From Pseudomonadota bacterium (GTDB lineage Bacteria; Pseudomonadota; Gammaproteobacteria; Burkholderiales; Burkholderiaceae_C): DNA of 64,000 bases. Under the pieces are notes generated by a model that did not search any database, had not been told where the DNA came from, and worked only from the letters and a program-made list of their open reading frames with translations. Positions 31,734 to 41,423 of this stretch are shown here, piece by piece. The stretch is taken from NCBI GenBank assembly GCA_021845965.1, contig JAJZUZ010000001.1:56261-120260 (forward strand), given 5' to 3'. Both the position numbers and the translations under genes were made by a program. Positions within the stretch are counted from its first letter, which is position 1; each line of letters opens with the position of its first letter.

Positions 31734-33614
31734 TCAAGGTCGCTCTTGAACGGCTTGGTGCAGTCGTAAACGAATATCCGTTAGCGGCTGCGTCCAATCG
31801 CCGACCTGTCTCTGCGCGAACGAACGAACAGTGGGGTACCAGAGATTGTTCCCATCATAATCAGTCCAATACCAGTGCCGCCCCTTGCCGACAGGCAAGA
31901 GCAGGAGAGTCTCTTTGCCTAGCGCGCCGGCCAAGTGTGCAGTGGTATTGCTCGTGGAGATGACGATGTCGCAGGCGGCAATCAGGGATGCAAGGCCATC
32001 GATGTCGCACAAGTTGTCAATTTCTGCGACGCTCTGGACGCGGATGCCGCGCTGCAGCTGCAGCGCACGCCGCTCGGCGGCTGTGTCACCATACTGCAGG
32101 TCGACAAAGTGCAGGCGGTCTGACGCAAGCGGAGTCAGCATCCGGTCCAAGGTAATGCTCTTATGTGCTCCGGTGTCTTTGCGGCTGCTGGACCAGGACA
32201 CGCCGCATACCAGTTTCCTCCCGTCGGCGACTCTGCCTCGCAGGTCCTGCGTTCGAGCCGGGTCGGCCATCAGGAAGGGATGACGGGCCGCGGCGAAGCT
32301 GTCCTTGGAGGGGCGAAACAGGCGCGGCAGGGAGCCCAGGGGCAATTGTTCCCCAAAATTCAAGCCGTCGTTGACCGCGGCGAGATCGGTGAACTCGAAG
32401 TCCGGCAGGGATCGTGCAAACAGGGGAATAAGGCGCCGGTCTAGCGCAACAATCTTCTTTTGGGGCAGTTTGCCAAGTTCGCCGAGAATGCTGGTGTAGA
32501 GGATCTGATCGCCGATGCCCTGTTCCCCCCATAACAACAAGGGGCGGTCCGATTGCTGCCCCGTCCAAGCAGGACGTTCGGTGACCAGCCTACGGAACCC
32601 CAACTCCGGAGCCGACCAACGTGATTCGAAGTACTCCCAGCCACGCGAAAAATCGCCAGCGCGCAGGAGTATTGTCGCGAGGTTCCATTGGGCGGACACA
32701 TCCGCAGGCTGAAGAGCAATTGCCTGTTCCAAATCGGCTCGTGCCGCGTCATGAAGACCCATGAAAACACGAGTGGCTCCGCGGTTGATGTAAGCGTCGG
32801 CATATGTGGGTTCGATCGAGAGGGCGCGATCCAGACACTCTATCGCCTCTAGGAATTCCCCGACTAATTGCAGCGCCGTGCCAAGCCCGCACCATGATTC
32901 ATGGTGCGCCGGCTGCAATGCGAGAGCCCTTCGAAATGCAGCGATCGCATCCCCTAGCTGTTCGGTCTCGGCTAGGCAGAGGCCTAGGATGCACCATGCA
33001 TCAGCGCTGTCGGGAAACATGTGCAGTGCTTGAGTCATGCGATCCACCCCCTTGGCAAAGCTGCGCGCCGCAAGCAGGGCCCTGCCCAAAGCAATCCAGG
33101 CGGGGGCGAAATTCGCATGGACTTCTAGAGCGCGTTCGAAGCACTGCTGCGCGACTTGGAATTCGCCCAACTCCAATAACGCGTTGCCTTTGTTGGTGAG
33201 AGCGTCCGCTTGGTCAGGCTGCTGCGTCAAGACGGCGTCGTAGTCCGCAATAGCCTCCTGGTACTTCTTGAGCTTAGCCTTCGCATTTCCCCGGTTGATG
33301 TACGCCCAGAATTGTCGAGGTTGAAGTCGTACCGCCGCGTCGTGGTGGGGTAGTGCCTCCGTATGGCGCCCGGAGCTGGATAGCAGCAGACCGAGGTTGT
33401 AATGAGCACCAAAATGGTCTGAATTCAATTCGATGATCTGGCCGAAAAGGTCTTGGGCCGCTTCGTTGTTGCCCATCGCCTGCTCACATACGCCCAATAA
33501 GTAGAGCCCGTCGGGATCTTGTGGGTGATTTCGCAGGTGGCTTTCGATTATTCGGCGCCCCGATTTCAGATCGCCGGTGCTGATAGCTTGTTGTGCCTTG
33601 ATGAGTGGGGACAT
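31734..33614 (-). CDS. TPR-repeat protein with C-terminal glycosyltransferase-like domain (paralog)
   Basis: Same architecture and motifs as 29934-31721. Confidence 0.85.
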   Translation of the reverse strand: MSPLIKAQQAISTGDLKSGRRIIESHLRNHPQDPDGLYLLGVCEQAMGNNEAAQDLFGQIIELNSDHFGAHYNLGLLLSSSGRHTEALPHHDAAVRLQPRQFWAYINRGNAKAKLKKYQEAIADYDAVLTQQPDQADALTNKGNALLELGEFQVAQQCFERALEVHANFAPAWIALGRALLAARSFAKGVDRMTQALHMFPDSADAWCILGLCLAETEQLGDAIAAFRRALALQPAHHESWCGLGTALQLVGEFLEAIECLDRALSIEPTYADAYINRGATRVFMGLHDAARADLEQAIALQPADVSAQWNLATILLRAGDFSRGWEYFESRWSAPELGFRRLVTERPAWTGQQSDRPLLLWGEQGIGDQILYTSILGELGKLPQKKIVALDRRLIPLFARSLPDFEFTDLAAVNDGLNFGEQLPLGSLPRLFRPSKDSFAAARHPFLMADPARTQDLRGRVADGRKLVCGVSWSSSRKDTGAHKSITLDRMLTPLASDRLHFVDLQYGDTAAERRALQLQRGIRVQSVAEIDNLCDIDGLASLIAACDIVISTSNTTAHLAGALGKETLLLLPVGKGRHWYWTDYDGNNLWYPTVRSFAQRQVGDWTQPLTDIRLRLHQAVQERP

Positions 33615-33815
33615 GAGATCAAAAGGCTAGGATTCGATTGGCGTCTATCTCGCCCAGCGTCGCACGCTGCCGTTCCAGAAGATTCTACCGAGGCAGGTTG
33701 GCCTGAGAGCGCATCGCCTGACGATCTGGCAGAAAACTAGTCTATAATTCGGCGCTCTACGCATACGGAACTCTTTGCCCGCAGGGGTGAGTTTCGGCAG
33801 GAGATGGTCAATACT

Positions 33816-33892
33816 GGAGGTATAGCTCAGTCGGTGAGAGCGCAGGATTCATAACCCTGAGGTCGGTGGTTCAAATCCACCTACCTCCACCA
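33816..33892 (+). tRNA. tRNA with CAT anticodon (probably elongator tRNA-Met; Ile2 not excluded)
   Basis: GGAGGTA/TACCTCC acceptor stem, TAGCTCAG D-arm, TTCATAA loop, GGTTCAAATCC T-arm, encoded CCA; 77 nt. Confidence 0.93.
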
Positions 33893-33897
33893 GATAC

Positions 33898-33929
33898 AAA
33901 AGCCCGCAATCGAAAGATTGCGGGCTTTT
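33898..33929. terminator. Bidirectional intrinsic terminator
   Basis: AAAAGCCCGCAATC-GAAA-GATTGCGGGCTTTT between convergent tRNA and enoyl-CoA hydratase genes. Confidence 0.85.
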
Positions 33930-33940
33930 CCTTTGCCGAT

Positions 33941-34720
33941 TTACTGGTGTCTGAAGGCCGGCTTGCGCTTCTCGACGAAAGCCGCCATGCCCTCCTTCTG
34001 GTCCGCCGTGGCGAACAGGGCGTGGAACAGGCGGCGCTCGAACATGACGCCGTCGTTAAGCGTGCCTTCGAAAGCACGATTGACGGCCTCCTTCGCGGCC
34101 ATCACGGCGACCTGCGAGTAATCGCAGATCATCAGCGCCGCGCCCAGTGCTTCCTCCATCAGCTTGTCCAGTGCCACCACGCGGCTGACCAGGCCGGCGC
34201 GCTCGGCTTCAGCGGCGTCCATCATGCGGCCGGTCAGGGCCATGTCCATGGCCTTGGCCTTGCCCACGGCGCGCGGCAGGCGCTGGGTACCGCCAGCGCC
34301 GGGGATGACGCCGAGCTTGATTTCGGGCTGGCCAAACCTCGCGTTGTCGGCGGCGATGATGAAGTCGCACATCATGGCCAGTTCGCAGCCGCCACCCAGG
34401 GCGAAGCCGCTCACGGCCGCGATCACCGGCTTGCGGATGCCGCGAATGGCTTCCCAGTTGCGCGTGATGAAGTCGCCTTTGTAGACATCGGCAAAGCTGT
34501 AGCTGGCCATGGCGCCGATGTCGGCGCCGGCTGCAAAAGCCTTCTCGCTGCCGGTGATGACCATGCAGCCTATGGCCTCGTCAGCATCAAAGGCCTTGAG
34601 CGCCGCGCCGAGTTCGTTCATCAGCTCGTCGTTCAGCGCGTTGAGCTGTTTGGGGCGGTTGAGCGTGATGATGCCGACCTTGCCGGCTTCGGTACGGACC
34701 TGGATCAGTTCGTAATTCAT
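33941..34720 (-). CDS. Enoyl-CoA hydratase (PaaF-like)
   Basis: [35 protein letters not shown]. Confidence 0.92.
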   Translation of the reverse strand: MNYELIQVRTEAGKVGIITLNRPKQLNALNDELMNELGAALKAFDADEAIGCMVITGSEKAFAAGADIGAMASYSFADVYKGDFITRNWEAIRGIRKPVIAAVSGFALGGGCELAMMCDFIIAADNARFGQPEIKLGVIPGAGGTQRLPRAVGKAKAMDMALTGRMMDAAEAERAGLVSRVVALDKLMEEALGAALMICDYSQVAVMAAKEAVNRAFEGTLNDGVMFERRLFHALFATADQKEGMAAFVEKRKPAFRHQ

Positions 34721-34791
34721 GTGTGTCTCCATTGAAAACGGTTGTTTCACCACGTCGCGCACGAGCCGCGCCGCATGAAAAGGTCTAAACC

Positions 34792-34886
34792 GGGAACGCC
34801 GTGGAACCGGCTTTGCCGGGCCACTGGCGTTGCCCCCTCGAGGGGGCTGAGGCCTGCGGCTCCAAGCCTGCCTGCGCAGGCTTGGA
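34792..34886. repeat. REP-like palindromic element plus adjacent hairpin
   Basis: GGAACCGGCTTTGCCGGGCCACTGGCGTTGCCCCCTCGAGGGGG, then TCCAAGCCTGC-CTGC-GCAGGCTTGGA. Confidence 0.6.
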
Positions 34887-34950
34887 CAGGACGAAGAGCC
34901 TGAGCCTCCGGCGATGGTGCCGGGCGTGTCGCCACGGGAGTGTTTCATGT

Positions 34951-36501
34951 TCACGCCTGCAGGAACATGCGATAGGCCGGGTTGCGGGTTTCCTCGACGT
35001 AGGTGTAGCCCAGCGTGGCGAGGAACTTGGCGAAGGCCTTGTCGTCGGCCTTGGGCACCTGGATGCCCACCAGAATGCGCCCGTAGTCGGCGCCCTGGTT
35101 GCGGTAATGGAACAGGCTGATGTTCCAGCTGGGGCGCATCAGGCTGAGGAACTTCATCAGCGCGCCCGGCCGTTCGGGGAAGATGAAGCGCAGCAGGCGT
35201 TCTTCCTTGGCCAGCGCCGAGTGGCCGCCCACCATGTGGCGGATGTGCTCCTGCGCCAGATCGTCGTGTGTCAGGTCCAGGGTCGCAAAGCCCGCCTTGC
35301 GGAAGTTGGTGGCGATGCGGGCGCTCTCGCCCTTGGCCGCGGTCGTCAGGCCGACGAAGACATGCGCCTCCTTGTCGTGGCTGATCCGGTAATTGAACTC
35401 CGTCACGTTGCGCGGCCCGCCGGGCAGGGTGCCGATCAGCTCGCAGAAGCGGCGGAAGCTGCCACGCTCCTCGGGGATGGTGACGGCGAACAGCGCCTCG
35501 CGCTCCTCGCCCACTTCCGCGCGCTCGGCCACGAAGCGCAGGCGGTCGAAGTTCATGTTGGCCCCGCACAGGATGGCGGCGTAGGTCTCGCCCTTGGTCT
35601 TGTGCTTCGCAACGTACTGCTTGATGGCCGCCACCGCCAGCGCGCCGGCCGGCTCGACGATGGAGCGGGTGTCGACGAAGATGTCCTTGATGGCGGCGCA
35701 GACAGCGTCGGTGTCGACCTCGATGTAGTCATCCACCAGCTTGCGCGTCAGGCGGAAGGTTTCCTGTCCCACCAGCTTGACGGCGGTACCGTCCGAGAAC
35801 AGGCCCACGTCGTCCAGCTGCACGCGCTTGCCGGCGCGCACCGACTGGATCATGGCGTTGGAGTCGTTCATCTGCACGCCGATCACCTTGACCTCGGGGC
35901 GCACGGCCTTGATGTAGGCGGCTACGCCGCTGATCAGGCCGCCGCCGCCGATCGCCACGAACACCGCGTCCAGCGAGCCCTGCTGCTGGCGCAACATCTC
36001 CATCGCGATGGTGCCCTGGCCGGCAATGACGTCCGGGTCGTCGAAGGGGTGGATGAAGGTCAGGCCCTGCTTTTTCTGCAGCGTCAGCGAGTGGTTGTAG
36101 GCGTCGGAATAGCTGTCCCCGGCCAATACCACCTCGCCGCCGAGTGCCTTGACCGCGTCGATCTTGAGCTGCGGCGTCGTGGTGGGCATGACGATCACGG
36201 CGCGTGTGCCCAGCTTGTGGGCGCCCAGCGCCACACCCTGCGCGTGGTTGCCGGCCGAGGCGCAGATGACGCCCTTCTTCAGCTGCTCCGGGGTCAGGTG
36301 CGCCAGCTTGTTGTAGGCGCCGCGCAGCTTGAAGCTGAACACAGACTGCTGGTCCTCGCGCTTGAGCAGCACCTTGTTGTGCAGGCGCCGGCTCAGCGCC
36401 TTGGCGGGTTCGAGCGGGGACTCGACGGCCACGTCATAGACGCGGGCGGTGAGGATCTTTTTCAGGTAATCAGCGGGCTGCAGGGGGCGGGGTTTCGTCA
36501 T
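34951..36501 (-). CDS. ilvA: Biosynthetic threonine ammonia-lyase
   Basis: [24 protein letters not shown]-terminal ACT-like domains (PERPGAL). Confidence 0.96.
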   Translation of the reverse strand: MTKPRPLQPADYLKKILTARVYDVAVESPLEPAKALSRRLHNKVLLKREDQQSVFSFKLRGAYNKLAHLTPEQLKKGVICASAGNHAQGVALGAHKLGTRAVIVMPTTTPQLKIDAVKALGGEVVLAGDSYSDAYNHSLTLQKKQGLTFIHPFDDPDVIAGQGTIAMEMLRQQQGSLDAVFVAIGGGGLISGVAAYIKAVRPEVKVIGVQMNDSNAMIQSVRAGKRVQLDDVGLFSDGTAVKLVGQETFRLTRKLVDDYIEVDTDAVCAAIKDIFVDTRSIVEPAGALAVAAIKQYVAKHKTKGETYAAILCGANMNFDRLRFVAERAEVGEEREALFAVTIPEERGSFRRFCELIGTLPGGPRNVTEFNYRISHDKEAHVFVGLTTAAKGESARIATNFRKAGFATLDLTHDDLAQEHIRHMVGGHSALAKEERLLRFIFPERPGALMKFLSLMRPSWNISLFHYRNQGADYGRILVGIQVPKADDKAFAKFLATLGYTYVEETRNPAYRMFLQA

Positions 36502-36558
36502 GAGGGGCCGTGTGGGGATAATTCGCGCCAAACCCCCATTTTGACAAGGAACGACAAC

Positions 36559-37008
36559 ATGGAATGCACAGTCAGCTGGACCGGCGCCACCGGGGCGCGT
36601 TCGGGCATGGGCTTTATTGCTGAAACCGGCAGTGGCCACGTGCTGGTGATGGACGGCGCGCCCGACACCGCCAAGCCGGAAAACGGCGGCCAGAATCTGG
36701 CGCCGCGGCCGATGGAAACCGTGCTGGCGGGCACCGGCGGCTGCACGGCTTATGACGTGGTACTCATCCTCAAGCGCGGCCGGCACGATGTGCGCGGCTG
36801 CAGCGTCAAGCTCAGCAGCGAGCGCGCGGCGGAAGACCCCAAGGTCTTCACCAAGATCCACATGCACTTCACCGTGACGGGCAAGGGTGTACCGGCCAAC
36901 GCCGTGGAGCGCGCCATCAAGATGAGCCACGACAAATACTGCTCGGCCAGCATCATGCTGGGCAAGACGGCGGAAATCACGACCAGCTTCGAGGTGCTGG
37001 ACGTGTGA
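36559..37008 (+). CDS. OsmC-family (YhfA-like) protein
   Basis: PRPMETVLAGTGGC...SHDKYCSAS; SD AAGGA. Confidence 0.9.
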   Translation: MECTVSWTGATGARSGMGFIAETGSGHVLVMDGAPDTAKPENGGQNLAPRPMETVLAGTGGCTAYDVVLILKRGRHDVRGCSVKLSSERAAEDPKVFTKIHMHFTVTGKGVPANAVERAIKMSHDKYCSASIMLGKTAEITTSFEVLDV

Positions 37009-37038
37009 AGGGCAGGTGTCGCGGGGCTTTCGGCTGCC

Positions 37039-37182
37039 AAAACTTGCGAAGAAATCGTAGCGAGCAGGCCGAGCGCAAGGCGGACGGAGCACAGCCACCG
37101 GAACGTACTTCCTGTACGTGAGGATGGCGCGCACCGCCCAACGCCGCGATCGGGCTGCGCAGTAGATTTATTCGCAAGTTTT
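37039..37182. mobile_element. MITE/ERIC-like element with 18-bp terminal inverted repeats
   Basis: AAAACTTGCGAAGAAATC ... GATTTATTCGCAAGTTTT (1 mismatch); inner AAGGCGG..GTAC-N5-GTACGTGA..CCAACGC. Confidence 0.7.
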
Positions 37183-37811
37183 CAAAGGTAGTGCGCGGTG
37201 GTGGTCATGACCTTGGCAGCGGCGCGCATCAGCTCCTTCACCGGGCGGGGCAATTCCGTCGCGCCGGCCTTCTGCGCGTCCACCGCGTGCTTCACCTCGT
37301 CTTCGGCCATCTGCGCGACGATGGCGCGTGAAGCCGTATCGCCTGCCGGCAGCCGGTCCAGGTGGCTCATGAGATGGGCTTCCACCTGGCGCTCGGTCTC
37401 CACCACGAAGCCCAGGCTCACCGCGTTGCCCAGCCGTCCGGCCAGCAGGCCGATGCCGAAGGCGCCGGCGTACCACAAGGGGTTGAGTACCGAGGGGCGC
37501 GAGCCCAGCTCATCCAGTCGTTCCTTGGTCCAGGCGAGGTGATCGGTCTCTTCGTTGCAGGCGCGCATGAAGTGGGCGCGCAGGGCGGGATCGGGGGTGG
37601 TCAGGGCCTGCGCCGTGTAGAGCGCCTGGGCGCAGACCTCGCCGACGTGGTTCACGCGCATCAGGGCGGCGGCGAGTCGCTGGTCCGCGTCGGACAGGTC
37701 GCTGCCCGGCGTGGCGGGCTTCGGCGTGGCCAGCGCCGCGCGCGGCGGGGCAAACAGCGTGCGCAGGGCGGTATCGGCGGCGGTCAGCAGGGCATCGGTC
37801 GGAGAACTCAT
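37182..37811 (-). CDS. coq7: Demethoxyubiquinone hydroxylase Coq7
   Basis: [35 protein letters not shown] di-iron motifs. Confidence 0.93.
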   Translation of the reverse strand: MSSPTDALLTAADTALRTLFAPPRAALATPKPATPGSDLSDADQRLAAALMRVNHVGEVCAQALYTAQALTTPDPALRAHFMRACNEETDHLAWTKERLDELGSRPSVLNPLWYAGAFGIGLLAGRLGNAVSLGFVVETERQVEAHLMSHLDRLPAGDTASRAIVAQMAEDEVKHAVDAQKAGATELPRPVKELMRAAAKVMTTTAHYL

Positions 37812-37816
37812 GGGGC

Positions 37817-38107
37817 CTATTGTCCCGAATCATGCGGGCCCGGCATCTTGGCCTGGCTCAAAAAATCTTCGAACAGTTGCCTGGGGGTCTTCGCGGGCCC
37901 GGCTACGGCGTTGCCGGCGGTCGCGTTCATGCAGCCCGCCAGCTCCTGCAATAAACGCTCCAGCAAGCGCGGCTCCAGCAGGTAGAAACTGACCCGGTTG
38001 TGGTTGAGCACGGCCACCGGCCGGCCATCGGCCTGGCGTAACACGGCGGCTGGATTCTTCTTGAAGTCCGACATGCTGATCGCGCGGTCTACCAACAGAT
38101 TTTGCAT
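37817..38107 (-). CDS. Phd/YefM (StbD/YafN-like) antitoxin-family protein
   Basis: [14 protein letters not shown]...PVAVLNHNR motif. Confidence 0.75.
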   Translation of the reverse strand: MQNLLVDRAISMSDFKKNPAAVLRQADGRPVAVLNHNRVSFYLLEPRLLERLLQELAGCMNATAGNAVAGPAKTPRQLFEDFLSQAKMPGPHDSGQ

Positions 38108-38367
38108 GAAAGGCTCTGAAATTGGATCCAATTATGGCTCTGAATTAACCTGTTCATGGGAGGGCAAGGCCAGCTCTGCCTAATGTGTGGGCAATGTTGT
38201 GGTGCCGCAACGAAAGCAGGGCGAATTGAGGGAGCGGGAGGGGGTTTTCTTTGACCAAGCCGGCCGGCTCTGTTGCAATACCTGACAACTTCCTTGCTAG
38301 AGGAGGTTGGCCCGGGGACCGAAAACTCCCTTCGGGACCCTTGTTTAACCTTTGGAGAACTTTCAAT

Positions 38368-39411
38368 ATGAAAAAGACCCTGATCGCCCTGGCCGCCCTG
38401 GCCGCCACCGGCGCCTTCGCTCAGGTTACCGTTTACGGCCGTATGGATGCTGGCTACGGCGTGTACACAACCACCACTCCGGGTGCTACCGCCGGCTCGA
38501 CGGTTGACACCAAGTCCAACGGTGTGCAGTCCAAGAACTCGGTCTCCAGCCTGCTGGGTATCAAGGGTTCTGAGGATCTGGGCGGTGGCCTGAAGGCGAA
38601 CTTCGTCCTGGAAGGCAACCTGGATCCCGCCGTCGGCGCTGCATACAGCTTTGACCGTACCTCGCTGCTGGGCCTGTCTGGTGGTTTCGGTTCCGTGGCT
38701 TTCGGCCGTGACTATGTCCCGACCTTCAAGTTGACCGTTGTTGGCGAAGTCAACGGCTTCAGCAAGCTGACCACCATCCAGAACCCTGGCCCCACCAGCG
38801 TGTCGAACCTGGTTTTCTATAGCACGCCCGTCATGAGCGGCTTCCAGGTGAACGTGGCTTACGGCAACAACGACACTTCCAAGTCGACCGATACCACTGG
38901 CGAGACCAGCAACAAGACCACCAACCTGACCGCCACCTACAACAACGGTCCCCTGATGGTTGGCGTCGGTACTGGCACGAACGAAGTCAAGACCGCCGGT
39001 TCTGCTGGTGGCACCTACATGTTGGGCCAGACGACCCTCACCGGTATCGACAAGACTTCGTTTAACGTGGTTGCTGCTTCCTACGACTTCGGCAAGTTCG
39101 CGCTGAAGGGTGCCTGGACGAGCACCAAGGCTACCTATGCCACCGGTGAAGCCAAGTTCGACGAACTGAACATCGGTGCCACCGTGCCGATGGGCAAGGC
39201 GACCCTGATTGCTCAGGTTGGTAACAACAAGGTCTCCAACACCGGCGCCGCTGAAGACTGGACCGGCACCGACTTCGTGGTCGGCGTGGACTACGCTCTG
39301 AGCGCCAAGACCGCCCTGTACGCCAAGACCGGTACGGTCGGCAAGCTGAGCGGCAACGGCAATGAGTACAAGACCGTCGGCACCGCCGTTGGTATCAAGA
39401 CCGTGTTCTAA
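38368..39411 (+). CDS. Gram-negative general porin
   Basis: MKKTLIALAAL signal, KGSEDLGGGLKA, YALSAKT, terminal F; codon usage typical of highly expressed genes. Confidence 0.93.
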   Translation: MKKTLIALAALAATGAFAQVTVYGRMDAGYGVYTTTTPGATAGSTVDTKSNGVQSKNSVSSLLGIKGSEDLGGGLKANFVLEGNLDPAVGAAYSFDRTSLLGLSGGFGSVAFGRDYVPTFKLTVVGEVNGFSKLTTIQNPGPTSVSNLVFYSTPVMSGFQVNVAYGNNDTSKSTDTTGETSNKTTNLTATYNNGPLMVGVGTGTNEVKTAGSAGGTYMLGQTTLTGIDKTSFNVVAASYDFGKFALKGAWTSTKATYATGEAKFDELNIGATVPMGKATLIAQVGNNKVSNTGAAEDWTGTDFVVGVDYALSAKTALYAKTGTVGKLSGNGNEYKTVGTAVGIKTVF

Positions 39412-39449
39412 TTTGATGCTGGCGTAAGCCAGTATCGAGTTGAATGCTC

Positions 39450-39483
39450 AAAACCCTGCCGGGTCAAACCGGCAGGGTTTTTT
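39450..39483. terminator. Intrinsic terminator after porin
   Basis: AAAACCCTGCCGG-GTCAAA-CCGGCAGGGTTTTTT. Confidence 0.85.
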
Positions 39484-39530
39484 ATTTTCGTGCTGCGTGC
39501 CCTGTGGGCGACTGACGCGCCTGGCGAGCC

Positions 39531-40379
39531 TCAGGCGTAACGCTTGTTGCGCAGATTGTTTTTCATTTCCTTGAGCAGGGGCTGCAGGCGGGTGCCGCCG
39601 ATGCGCAGCGCAACGCAGGTGGCCAGAATGTCCACGATCATCAGGTGCAGCAGGCGCGAGACCATGGGGCTGTAGCGGTCGTAGCCCTCGGGGTGATCGG
39701 CCGCCAGGTGGATGTGGCCGGCCATGGCCAGCGGCGAGCCGCTGGTGGTGATGACGATGGTGGTGGCGCCGTTCTTGCGCGCGATGTCGCAGGCGTCCAT
39801 GAGGTCGCGTGTGCGGCCCGAGTTGGAGATCACCACCAGGCAGTCGCCCGGCCCCATCAGGGAGGCGCTCATGACCTGCATATGGCCGTCGCTGTAGGCC
39901 ACGGTATTGACGCCAAGGCGGAAGAATTTATGTTGCGCGTCCAGCGCCACGATGCCGGAGTTGCCGGCGCCGATGAACTCGATGCGTTTGCCGGTCTTGA
40001 AGGTGGCGGCCAGCGCTGCAGCTGCCTTGTCGATGGCCGCGGTGGAGGCGTCGTTGCGGTACTTCAGGAAAGCGGCAACGGTGTTGTCGATCACCTTGAC
40101 CACCACGTCGCTGGTCTTGTCGTCCACGTCCACACTGCGGTGGATGAAGGGCACGCCTTCACTCACCGTGCCGGCCAGCTTGAGCTTGAAGTCGGACAGA
40201 CCGTCGTAGCCCATGCTGCGGCAGAATCGCACCACCGTGGGCTTGCTGACGTGGGACCGGTCCGCCAGCTCACTCACCGGCAGGTTGGCGAAGGCGCGCG
40301 GATCCGCCAGGACCAGCTGGCCCACACGTTGTTCGGCGGGGGCGAGAGAAGGCAGCGAAGCGCGGATACGATCGAGCAT
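39531..40379 (-). CDS. hexR: RpiR/HexR-family regulator (HTH + SIS)
   Basis: VSKPTVVRFC, ISNSGRT, PMVSRL; divergent from tal-pgi. Confidence 0.85.
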   Translation of the reverse strand: MLDRIRASLPSLAPAEQRVGQLVLADPRAFANLPVSELADRSHVSKPTVVRFCRSMGYDGLSDFKLKLAGTVSEGVPFIHRSVDVDDKTSDVVVKVIDNTVAAFLKYRNDASTAAIDKAAAALAATFKTGKRIEFIGAGNSGIVALDAQHKFFRLGVNTVAYSDGHMQVMSASLMGPGDCLVVISNSGRTRDLMDACDIARKNGATTIVITTSGSPLAMAGHIHLAADHPEGYDRYSPMVSRLLHLMIVDILATCVALRIGGTRLQPLLKEMKNNLRNKRYA

Positions 40380-40444
40380 GGAGACTCCAGGGAGTGCTGC
40401 ACCGGCAGGCGGGCAGCGGATGGTTACAGGCACTAAACGCCAAA

Positions 40445-40461
40445 GCGTAATTTTATTTCAC
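40445..40461. promoter_or_regulatory. Possible HexR operator upstream of tal
   Basis: GCGTAATTTTATTTCAC, an AT-rich imperfect palindrome resembling TGTAAT-n-ATTACA, next to a -10-like CATAAT. Confidence 0.45.
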
Positions 40462-40475
40462 CCATAATTCAAGCC

Positions 40476-41423
40476 ATGAATCAGCTCGAAGCGCTGCGCC
40501 AGTACACCACCGTGGTGGCCGATACCGGCGACTTTCACCAGATGGCGGCGTTCCGTCCGCAGGACGCCACCACCAACCCCTCGCTCATCCTGAAGGCGGT
40601 GCAGAAGGAGGACTACCGCCCCCTGCTGCTGCAGACCGTGCACCAGTTCCGCGGCCGTGCGCTGGACGAGATCGTCGATCGCCTGCTGGTGCGTTTTGGC
40701 TGCGAGATCCTGTCCATCGTGCCCGGACGCGTGTCGACCGAAGTCGATGCCCGGCTGAGCTTTGACGCTGCAGCGACGGTGGCGCGCGCCGATCGCATCG
40801 TGGAGCTGTACCAGGCGCAGGGCGTCCATATTGATCGCGTGCTGATCAAGATCGCGTCCACCTGGGAAGGGATCCAGGCGGCCGCGCAACTGGAGCAGCG
40901 CGGTATCCACACCAACCTGACACTGCTGTTCTCCTTCTGCCAGGCGGTGGCCTGCGGCCAGGCCAGGGTGCAACTGATTTCGCCCTTCGTCGGTCGTATC
41001 TACGACTGGTACAAGAAGGCCGCCGGCAGTGCCTGGGACGAGGCCGCCAACTCGGGTGCCAACGATCCCGGCGCAAAGTCCGTGCAGGCCATCTACAGGC
41101 ACTACAAGCATTTCGGCATTGCCACCGAGATCATGGGGGCCAGTTTTCGCAACACCGGGCAGATCCTGGCGTTGGCCGGCTGCGACCTGCTCACGATCTC
41201 CCCGGAGTTGCTGGCGCAGCTGTCCGCCGGCGTTGCGCCAGTCGCCCGTGCGCTGAGTGCCGACAGCGCGCGCGAACTGGATATGTCGCCGGTGCAGTAC
41301 GACGAAGCGGACTTCCGCTACGCGCTCAACGAGGACGCCATGGCGACCGAGAAGCTGGCCGAGGGTATCCGCGCCTTTGCCGCTGATACCGTCAAGCTTG
41401 AACAACTGATCCGCACCGCCTGA
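40476..41423 (+). CDS. tal: Transaldolase
   Basis: [39 protein letters not shown]. Confidence 0.96.
   Translation: MNQLEALRQYTTVVADTGDFHQMAAFRPQDATTNPSLILKAVQKEDYRPLLLQTVHQFRGRALDEIVDRLLVRFGCEILSIVPGRVSTEVDARLSFDAAATVARADRIVELYQAQGVHIDRVLIKIASTWEGIQAAAQLEQRGIHTNLTLLFSFCQAVACGQARVQLISPFVGRIYDWYKKAAGSAWDEAANSGANDPGAKSVQAIYRHYKHFGIATEIMGASFRNTGQILALAGCDLLTISPELLAQLSAGVAPVARALSADSARELDMSPVQYDEADFRYALNEDAMATEKLAEGIRAFAADTVKLEQLIRTA

Noticed and set aside
33816-33892. tRNA as an integration site, and an A-C mismatch in its anticodon stem
   Set aside because: No integrase and no duplicated tRNA 3' end seen; the islet lies on the 5' side. One mismatch is not enough to call a pseudogene.
33941-37134. 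Apparent 542-, 735- and 727-aa fusion ORFs for enoyl-CoA hydratase, OsmC and IlvA
   Set aside because: The extensions overlap neighbouring genes in other frames or strands; family-typical starts are 34720, 36559 and 36501.
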